Source: an uncultured Acidobacteriota bacterium (GTDB taxonomy: Bacteria; Acidobacteriota; Thermoanaerobaculia; Multivoradales; DATKCC01). Taken from it: a DNA stretch of 64,000 bases. Under the pieces are notes generated by a model, which ran no database searches, was not told the DNA's origin, and saw only the letters and a program-made list of their open reading frames with translations. Position numbers and translations under genes: made by a program. Location of the stretch: contig CAVUJU010000003.1 in assembly GCA_963741925.1 (NCBI GenBank), forward strand, positions 79,281 through 143,280, in the 5' to 3' direction. This document shows, piece after piece, positions 1 to 6,861 of this stretch (position 1 is its first letter; the number at the start of each line of letters is the position of its first letter).

Positions 1-73
1 CCGTGGTAATGTGGCGCCGCCTTCCGGACCGAACCCGCCGCCACCGACGCCCGACCCGCGTTCGATCCCCGCC

Positions 74-1321
74 ATGCCCCTCACGCTTCCGGCTTCGGCC
101 TCCCCGCGTGGCCGCCTCGTGCGCATCGTGGGCAGCGCCCTCTTCCTCGCCGCCCTGCTCTACGCCTTCTTCCTCGGCCTCGACCTCATGGGCGTGGCGT
201 TCAAGCTGTTCGGCAAGGACTTCGCGCGCATGCTCATCGAGCGCACGGCGAACCCCTTCGTGGGGCTCCTCGTGGGCATCGTCGCGACCAGCGTCATCCA
301 GAGCTCCTCGACCACCACGTCGATGACCGTCGGGCTGGTGGCCGCCGGAGCCCTGACCATCGACGGCGCCATCCCCATCATCATGGGCGCCAACATCGGC
401 ACCTCGGTGACCAACACCCTCGTCTCGCTGGCCCACGTGACCCGGCGCGAGGAGTTCCGGCGGGCCTTCGCCGGCGCCACGATCCACGACTTCTTCAACC
501 TGATGACGGTGGCGATCCTGTTCCCTCTGGAGCTCGCATTTCACGTGCTCCGGCACGCGGCGAACGGCTTCGAGGCGGTGCTCGAGGGCAGCGGCGGCAT
601 CGAGCTCTTCGACCCCGTGAAGGCGATGGTCCGGCCGGCCTCGCACGCGATCAGCCTGGCGCTCGGGTCGAGTGGCGCCCTGACCCTGGTGGTCGGCGTG
701 GCGTTCCTCTTCGGGGCGCTCAAGCTCCTGGTCGATCTCCTCAAGTCGCTGGTCTCTTCGCGGGCCGAGCGGATCCTCGACCGCACCCTCTTCCGCTCCG
801 CCCTGGCGGCCATCGGCGCCGGCACCCTGATCACCGTCATGGTGCAGTCGAGCTCCATCACCACGTCGGTCATGGTGCCCCTGGTGGGCGCCGGCGTCGT
901 CACCCTCGAGCAGATCTTCCCGTTCACCATCGGCGCCAACATCGGGACCACGGTCACCGCCCTCCTGGCGGCGCTCTCGACCGGCTCCCCGGCGGCGCTG
1001 AGCGTCGCCCTCTCCCACCTGCTGTTCAACCTGATGGGGGCGCTCATCATCTACCCCTTCCCGCCCATCCGGGCGATCCCGCTGGCGCTCGCCCGGGGCC
1101 TGGGCGCCCTCGGCAGCCGCTACCGCGCGGTTGCGATCGCCTACATCGCCCTGGTCTTCTTCGGCCTCCCGATCGGCCTGCTCTTCGCCTCCGGGGTGTT
1201 CCACCGCGACGCCCCCCCGCCGCCCGCCCCGGTCGCGGCGCCGGCGCCGCGGACCACGCCGCGATCTGAGCTACGCTCGTCGCCGTGGGAACAGCCGTCG
1301 CCCGAGCCGTGGTTGAGCTAG
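74..1321 (+). CDS. Na+/phosphate cotransporter family protein (NptA/YjbB-like)
   Basis: ORF 11..1321. It has two Na/Pi-cotransporter repeats with the QSSS-TTS signature (SVIQSSSTTTSMTVGLV and VMVQSSSITTSVMVPLVG) and is polytopic and hydrophobic. ATG at 74 is preferred over GTG at 11 because the residues before it are Pro-rich low complexity. Confidence 0.85.
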   Translation: MPLTLPASASPRGRLVRIVGSALFLAALLYAFFLGLDLMGVAFKLFGKDFARMLIERTANPFVGLLVGIVATSVIQSSSTTTSMTVGLVAAGALTIDGAIPIIMGANIGTSVTNTLVSLAHVTRREEFRRAFAGATIHDFFNLMTVAILFPLELAFHVLRHAANGFEAVLEGSGGIELFDPVKAMVRPASHAISLALGSSGALTLVVGVAFLFGALKLLVDLLKSLVSSRAERILDRTLFRSALAAIGAGTLITVMVQSSSITTSVMVPLVGAGVVTLEQIFPFTIGANIGTTVTALLAALSTGSPAALSVALSHLLFNLMGALIIYPFPPIRAIPLALARGLGALGSRYRAVAIAYIALVFFGLPIGLLFASGVFHRDAPPPPAPVAAPAPRTTPRSELRSSPWEQPSPEPWLS

Positions 1322-1592
1322 ATGTCTGATCAGGCCGGAATCGCGACGAACGAGCCGAGTTTTCCGGCGATCTGCAAGCGCGGGTGGGGGCGTCCCCTTC
1401 CCCCCCGTGGGGTCGGAAGGGGAACGAGGGGATGCGGGGGGCATGGGGTGGATCCAGCCGTCTGGAGTAGCCGATCGAGTGACCGCAGGCTTCACGTGCC
1501 GACGTGGGCGGGGGAGTGCCGATCGACCCAGCTCATGACCTCACAGATACCTCGTCGGTTTGAGGGGGAGCTTCGTCAGTTGGAGGTGCACC
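1322..1592 (+). repeat. Composite intergenic repeat, copy A (left flank + one G-rich 63-bp core unit at ~1386-1446 + ~150-nt right flank)
   Basis: Fills the whole spacer between the Na/Pi stop and the phoU-like ATG. It aligns block by block with 15470..15931. Shared blocks are AACGAGCCGAGT, GGGGGCGTCCCCTTCCCCCCCGTGGGG, TCTGGAGT, CGCAGGCT, CGACGTGGGCGGGG and CCTCGTCGGTTTGAGG. Confidence 0.75.
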
Positions 1593-2247
1593 ATGTTTAA
1601 GGGGATCTTCGGCGGCGCCCAGCGCTCGCCCCTGATCGAGGCCGCGTTCGAGGACGTCTCGGCCATGCTCCGGCAGTCGGCCAAGATGCTCGACCTGGCG
1701 CTCGCGGCGCTGCTCGACAACCAGCCCCTCGACGCCGACCTCGACGAGCTCGACGACCCGGTCGACGAGGGCGAGAGGATGGTGCGCCGGAGCGTGCTCG
1801 AGCACCTCTCCTTCAACCCCCAGCAGGACCTGGTGGCGAGCCTGGTCCTGGTCTCCATGGTGCAGGACGCCGAGCGCATCGGCGACTTCGCCCGCGGCAT
1901 CGGCGAGCTCGTTCCCCTCGCCAAGAGCCGCCGGGAAGGGCCCTTCGCAGACCGGCTGCGGGGCTTCGCCGAGCGTCTGCGGCCGCTCTTCGAGACCACC
2001 GAGCGCGCCTTCCGCGAGGACGACCCGGAGCTTCTCCCGTACCGTCATGAGCCGGACCGCGGAGCTCAAGCGCGAGCTCCAGGCGTTCACCGTCGACGTC
2101 ACCGACAGCGACCTCACGGCCGACCTGGCGGTGGTCTATGCCAACGCCGCCCGCATCCTGCGGCGCATCGGCTCGCACCTCTCGAACATCGCCTCGTCCG
2201 TCGCCCAGCCCTACGACCGCATCCGCCACGGCGACGAGGACGCGTGA
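1593..2247 (+). CDS. PhoU-family phosphate signalling/transport accessory protein, with an apparent 1-nt frame break near 2027-2039
   Basis: The N-terminal part is in the frame of ORF 1560..4430 from ATG 1593 (MFKGIFGG...VQDAERIGDFARGIGEL). The C-terminal part is ORF 2047..2247 (ELKRELQAF...ILRRIGSHLSNIASSV). Together these are the two PhoU repeats. GGAGG lies 7 nt upstream of the ATG. The total length is 655 nt, so one base too many. Confidence 0.7.
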
Positions 2248-4430
2248 GCGCTCCCGAGCTCGCCGTGCTCTACCACGGCGAGTCCCAGCCCTTCTCCCGC
2301 GGCCTCCTCGCTCGGAGCATCCACGCCGCCGGGGTCGAGCTCGACCGCGCCTACACGCTGGTCTCCCAGCTCCGGGAGGAGCTCCTGGCCGCGGGCGCCG
2401 GCGTGGTCGACAGCGACGAGATCGCCCGCCGGGTGGGCGATCTGCTGGAGCGCTCCGAGGGCGCCGACGCGGCGTCGCGCTACCGCGTGGTGCGCGGCAT
2501 CCGGCGCCTGCCCCGACCCCTGGTGATCTATCTCGGGGGAGCCACCGGCACCGGCAAGTCGACCCTCGCCCTCGATCTCGCGCCGCTGCTGCGGATCTAC
2601 CGGATCAACGCCACCGACACGATCCGCCAGGTGATGCGCATGGTCTTCGCCCCGGCCATCCTGCCGGCGCTCCACCACTCGAGCTTCGAGCTGCCGCGCG
2701 AGGAGCGGACGCGGCGGCTGCGCCCGGACGGCCGGCCGCCGGCGGGCGAGAGCTTCGACGAGCGGCTGGTCCGGGAGTTCGAGGAGCAGGCGACCCGCGT
2801 CTGCGTGGGGGTGCGGGCGGTGGTGGAGCGGGCGGTGATGGAGAACCTGAGCGTCCTGGTCGAGGGCGTCCACCTGACGGCGCCGCTGGTGCCGTTTCCC
2901 GACCTCGAGGGCTCCGCCTACCAGGTGTCGCTGCTCCTGACCACCCGCGACGAGGAGCTCCACCGCGCCCGCTTCGCCGCCCGCGGGCGGCGCGAGGGCC
3001 GGGCCGGCGAGCGCTACCTGGACCACTTCCACGCCATCCGCACCCTCCAGGAGCACCTCGTCGCCCAGGCCGAGGCCCACGGCATCGAGCGCCTCGAGAC
3101 GACCGACCGGGACACGACGCTCAGCCACGCGATGCTCCGGGTGACGGCGCTCCTCGAAGAGCAGGTTCCGAGCCTGCGATCGGGCCCGCCCGAGGTGCGC
3201 CCCGGCCCCGTGCCCACCCTGCTCCTCTTCATCGACGGCCTGGGGGACCGGCCGGTGCGTTCGCTCTCGGGCCGCACCCCCCTCGAGGCGGCCGACCTGC
3301 CCACGTTCGATCGCCTCGCCCGCGAGGGGCGGAGCGGACTCGCCGACCCCATCGCCCCGGGCGCCGTGCCCGACACCGCCGCCGGCAGCCTGGCCCTCTT
3401 CGGCCAGTCGCCCCGGGCGCTCCGGCGGGGGCCGGTCGAGGCCCTCGGCGCCGGCATCGAGCTGGCGCCCGGGGACGTGGCGCTGCGCGGGAACCTCGCC
3501 ACCCTGGACGAGACGGGGCGGGTGATCGACCGGCGGGCGGGGAGGATCCGGGAGGGGGCCGAGGAGCTGGCGGCGGCCCTCGACCGGCCGCCCCTGCCCG
3601 AGGCGTGGTCCGACTACACGGTCCGCGTGCGCATGGGCACCGAGCACCGGCTGGCGGTGGTGCTCCAGGGCGAGGGGCTGTCGCCGGCGGTGGCGGGAAG
3701 CGACCCCGGCGACGGCGCGCCCCCCGGCCCGCCGCTCGCCCCCCGCGCCATCGACCCCGCCGAAGCCGCCGCCGTGCGGACCGCGCGGCTCCTCGCCCTG
3801 TTCGAGGAGCACGCCCGCCGCGTGCTGGCCGAGCACCCGGTCAACCGGCGCCGGGTCGAGCGCGGCCAGGCGCCGGCCAACGCCGTGCTCACTCGCGGCG
3901 CCGGCCGCGTGCACCGGCTCGAGCGGCTCGAGGCCGCCGGCCTGCCGCTCCGGATCGCCTGCGTCTCGGGTGACCGCACGGTCCTCGGGCTGGCGGCCTG
4001 GCTGGGCGCCGAGACGGTGACCGCGCCCGAGATGACCGCCAATCTCGACACCGACCTCGACGCCAAGCTCGAGGCGGCCGCCGAGGCCCTGCGGCGCAAC
4101 GACCTCGTGATGCTGCACCTGAAAGGGGCCGACATCGCCGCCCACGACTGCCGGCCGGACCTCAAGATGGCCTTCCTCGAAGCCGTCGACCGCCGGCTCG
4201 CCGGGCTCCTCGAGGGCTGGCCGGGCCGGCCGCTGCGGGTCGCCGTGGCCTCCGACCACGCGACCCTCTCCGAGTCGGGCCACCACGCGGCCGACCCGGT
4301 GCCGGTGCTGGTCTGGGGCGAGGGGATCGAGCCGGACGCGGTGGAGCGCTTCACCGAGCGCGCGGCGGCCGAGGGCGAGCTGGGCCGCCTCCCCCTCCAG
4401 ACCCTCCTCAACCGCCTGTTCGATCTCTGA
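2244..4430 (+). CDS. Fusion protein: 2-phosphoglycerate kinase-like (ATP-cone + P-loop) N-terminal half and archaeal-type cofactor-independent phosphoglycerate mutase (ApgM)-like C-terminal half
   Basis: GTG 2244 overlaps the phoU-like stop (GTGA). N-terminal half: PFSRGLLARSI, IYLGGATGTGKSTLA, INATDTIRQVMR, LHHSSF (2PGK/COG2074-like). C-terminal half: LLFIDGLGDRP, TPLEAADLPTFDRLAREG, ALRGNLATLDETGRVIDRRAGRI, SDHATLSESGHH (ApgM/metalloenzyme-like). Confidence 0.75.
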   Translation: MSAPELAVLYHGESQPFSRGLLARSIHAAGVELDRAYTLVSQLREELLAAGAGVVDSDEIARRVGDLLERSEGADAASRYRVVRGIRRLPRPLVIYLGGATGTGKSTLALDLAPLLRIYRINATDTIRQVMRMVFAPAILPALHHSSFELPREERTRRLRPDGRPPAGESFDERLVREFEEQATRVCVGVRAVVERAVMENLSVLVEGVHLTAPLVPFPDLEGSAYQVSLLLTTRDEELHRARFAARGRREGRAGERYLDHFHAIRTLQEHLVAQAEAHGIERLETTDRDTTLSHAMLRVTALLEEQVPSLRSGPPEVRPGPVPTLLLFIDGLGDRPVRSLSGRTPLEAADLPTFDRLAREGRSGLADPIAPGAVPDTAAGSLALFGQSPRALRRGPVEALGAGIELAPGDVALRGNLATLDETGRVIDRRAGRIREGAEELAAALDRPPLPEAWSDYTVRVRMGTEHRLAVVLQGEGLSPAVAGSDPGDGAPPGPPLAPRAIDPAEAAAVRTARLLALFEEHARRVLAEHPVNRRRVERGQAPANAVLTRGAGRVHRLERLEAAGLPLRIACVSGDRTVLGLAAWLGAETVTAPEMTANLDTDLDAKLEAAAEALRRNDLVMLHLKGADIAAHDCRPDLKMAFLEAVDRRLAGLLEGWPGRPLRVAVASDHATLSESGHHAADPVPVLVWGEGIEPDAVERFTERAAAEGELGRLPLQTLLNRLFDL

Positions 4431-5769
4431 GCGAGCCCGCGGGCCGGTCGGGCGGCGGGAGCACCACCCGGAAGCGCGTGCCCACGCCGAGCTCGCTCGC
4501 CACCTCCACCCTGCCGCCGGCGCTCTGGGCGACGTGCTTGACGATGGCGAGCCCCAGGCCGGTCCCCCCCTCGGCGCGGGCGCGCCCCTTGTCCACCCGG
4601 TAGAAGCGTTCGAAGACCCGGGGCAGGGCGTCGCGCGGGATGCCGATCCCGGTGTCGGAGACCTCGATCACCACCGCGCCGCCGGCCTCCGGCGGCCGGG
4701 AGATCCGCACCGTCACCCGGCCCCCGTCCCGGTTGTACTTGACGGCGTTGTCGAGGAGGTTCTGGAACAGGCGCTCGACCCCCTCCCGGTCCCCCCAGAC
4801 GGGGGCGAGGGGACCATCCGGCGTCTCCAGGGCGATCGCCACCTCGCGGCTGAGGGCGCGCTCGGCGAGCAGCTCGATCGCCCGGCGCGCCACCGCCACC
4901 AGGTCGACCTGCGAGGCCTCGTGGCGCGGCTCGAGGCTTTCGAGCCGGGAGAGGGTGAGGAGGTCGTCCAGGAGGTCCTGGAGGCGGTGGCTCTGCTCCA
5001 GGATGCGCTCGACGAAGCGCCGCGCCGTCGCCCGGTCGTCGAGGGCGCCGTCGCGCAGCGTCTCGCCGTAGGCCCGGATCGCCGAGAGCGGCGTCTTGAG
5101 CTCGTGGGAGACGTTGGCCACGAAGTCCCGGCGCATCTCGTCGAGGCGCGTGGCCCGGGTCGTGTCGCGGGCGACCACCACCACCCCTTCGACCCGGGCG
5201 GGGCGACCGGGCTCGCGGCGTGCGCCTGCGGAGGGCGCGGGCGCCGCGAGGGCGGTGCTGGCGAGGGCGACCGTCCGGCGCTCGGGGGTGCGGAGCTCCG
5301 CCACCGCGGCCTGGCTCTCGCCGCCCTCGAGGGTGCCCTCGACCACCGCGGCGAGCTCGGGCAGGCGGGCGAGCTCGAGCGGTGGCCGGCCGGCCACGTC
5401 GCCGGCGATCCCGAACAGGCGGCGGAGCTCCGGGTTGACCAGCAGCGCCCGCCCGTGGCGGTCGGTCACCAGCACGCCGTCGGACATGCTGCGCACGATC
5501 GCCTCCAGGTGGTCGCGCTCCGAGCGCACCCGCTCGATCTGCTCCTCGACCCGGCCGGCCAGGCGGTTGAGGGTGGCGGCGAGGGCGGCCAGGTGCGGCT
5601 CGTCGGGGATCAGCAGGCGGTGGGCATAGTCGCCGGCCGCCAGCTCGCCGGCGTCCTCGGCCAGCCGGCTCAAGGGGCGGAGGAAGCGCCACGAGAGCCA
5701 GAGGAGCGCGCCTCCCGCCACGACCAGGGCGGCGAGGGCGGCCAGGAGCAAGGCGCCGGACGGGGCCAT
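4408..5769 (-). CDS. phoR: Sensor histidine kinase, PhoR-like (TM-HAMP-PAS-HisKA-HATPase)
   Basis: ORF 4408..5769. H-box FVANVSHELKTPLSAI, FERFYRVDKGRARAEGGTGLGLAIVKH. It sits directly downstream of a PhoB-like regulator. Its 3-prime end overlaps the convergent gene by 23 nt. Confidence 0.8.
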   Translation of the reverse strand: MAPSGALLLAALAALVVAGGALLWLSWRFLRPLSRLAEDAGELAAGDYAHRLLIPDEPHLAALAATLNRLAGRVEEQIERVRSERDHLEAIVRSMSDGVLVTDRHGRALLVNPELRRLFGIAGDVAGRPPLELARLPELAAVVEGTLEGGESQAAVAELRTPERRTVALASTALAAPAPSAGARREPGRPARVEGVVVVARDTTRATRLDEMRRDFVANVSHELKTPLSAIRAYGETLRDGALDDRATARRFVERILEQSHRLQDLLDDLLTLSRLESLEPRHEASQVDLVAVARRAIELLAERALSREVAIALETPDGPLAPVWGDREGVERLFQNLLDNAVKYNRDGGRVTVRISRPPEAGGAVVIEVSDTGIGIPRDALPRVFERFYRVDKGRARAEGGTGLGLAIVKHVAQSAGGRVEVASELGVGTRFRVVLPPPDRPAGSLRDRTGG

Positions 5770-5784
5770 GGCAGGCGAGACGGC

Positions 5785-6468
5785 TCAGGTGCGCAGCCGG
5801 TAGCCGACCCCGATCACGGTCTCGATCCGGTCGGCCTCGGCGCCCAGCTTGCGGCGCAGCCGGCGGACGTGGGTGTCGACCGTGCGGCTGTCGATGTCCT
5901 CGGCGTAGCCCCAGACGTCCGAGAGGAGCTGGCCGCGGGTCTGGACCCGGCCCGCGCGCTCCATCAGAAGCTGGAGCAGCCGGAACTCGGTGGCGGTGAG
6001 GACGACCTCCTCGCCCGCGACCTCCAGGCGGTGCGCGCCGCGGTCGAGGCAGAGCGGCCCGACCCCGATCCGGTCGGCGGCCGGCGCGGCCCCCCGCGCG
6101 CGCCGGAGCACCGCCTTGACGCGGAGCACCACCTCCCGCGGGCTGAAGGGCTTGGTGACGTAGTCGTCGGCGCCCAGCTCGAGGCCCACGATCCGGTCCA
6201 CCTCCTCGCCACGGGCGGTGAGCATGACGAGCGGCAGGTCGGCGGTGCGCGGGTCGCGCTGCAGGATGCGGGCGACCTCCAGGCCGTCGAGGCCGGGCAG
6301 CATGAGGTCGAGGATCAGCAGATCGGGGCGCTCGGAGCGGATCCGGTCGAGCGCCCTGTCGCCCCGCTCCTCGGTCTCGACCTCGAAGCCCTCCTTGCCC
6401 AGGTTGTAGGCGAGGACCTCGGCGATGTCGGGCTCGTCCTCGACGAGCAGGATGCGGCCCTGAGCCAT
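5785..6468 (-). CDS. phoB: OmpR/PhoB-family response regulator
   Basis: Internal ATG of ORF 5785..6705. MAQGRILLVEDEPDIAEV..., DLLILDLMLPGLDG, winged-helix tail RTVDTHVRRLRRKL...IETVIGVGYRL. The residues upstream of this Met are not protein-like. Confidence 0.85.
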   Translation of the reverse strand: MAQGRILLVEDEPDIAEVLAYNLGKEGFEVETEERGDRALDRIRSERPDLLILDLMLPGLDGLEVARILQRDPRTADLPLVMLTARGEEVDRIVGLELGADDYVTKPFSPREVVLRVKAVLRRARGAAPAADRIGVGPLCLDRGAHRLEVAGEEVVLTATEFRLLQLLMERAGRVQTRGQLLSDVWGYAEDIDSRTVDTHVRRLRRKLGAEADRIETVIGVGYRLRT

Positions 6469-6515
6469 GGCCGGGAGCTTAGCAGCCCTTGGTGCCGCGC
6501 CGGCATGACGTCCGT

Positions 6516-6545
6516 CCACAGAATCTGTGGAAAACTCTGTGGAAA
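6516..6545. promoter_or_regulatory. Candidate operator: CCACAGAATCTGTGG palindrome plus direct repeat CTGTGGAAA x2 (12-bp period)
   Basis: Seen directly at 6516-6530 (palindrome) and at 6525-6533 and 6537-6545 (direct repeats). It lies in the lower-GC spacer 50-80 nt upstream of the phoB-like start. CTGT-type repeats recall Pho boxes, but the spacing and position are atypical. Confidence 0.3.
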
Positions 6546-6661
6546 GCGGGTGGATGGCACGGCCAGGGTCCCGAGAATCCAGGGCTTCCTGCACATTGAA
6601 CAGTCTCTTGTGCATCTGAGCCAACCCCCTTGTTTCCAACATGTTGAAGGTATTCGTGGAA

Positions 6662-6699
6662 GAGCCGGCGACGGCCGGCTCCCGGCGGCTCCGGTTTTT
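6662..6699 (+). terminator. Intrinsic-terminator-like structure on the plus strand (GC hairpins + T5)
   Basis: GAGCCGGC-GACG-GCCGGCTC, then CCGG-CGGCT-CCGG, followed by TTTTT (6695-6699). No plus-strand CDS ends here. Confidence 0.35.
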
Positions 6700-6861
6700 C
6701 CACAACGCCGCCGAAGTAACAAGGCGGTAACACCCCGGTCACAGGCCCGTGACGGTCTCGAAACCGGCTGAGTTTCCGGGAGTTATCGAATCTCATAGAT
6801 CGGTCTCGAGAGGGCGTCGAGCGGCCGGACGAGCGGGGCGGACGCGGCTCCGGGAGGTGCC

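Noticed and set aside
11-73. N-terminal extensions given by the ORF track for several genes. These are the Na/Pi transporter from 11, phoB from 6705, PHP-GT from 9522, gcvT from 12246, gcvPB from 15818, MFS from 23458, hsp20 from 29426 and the NRPS from 49970.
   Set aside because: The extra residues are Pro/Arg/Gly-rich or repeat-encoded. Family alignments start at the internal Met or Val, and several internal starts have a good SD.
6505-6771. 88-codon ORF (MTSVHRICGKLCGK...) in the phoB upstream spacer.
   Set aside because: Its codon usage is AT-ending, unlike every confident gene here. It has no SD and it spans a terminator-like hairpin.
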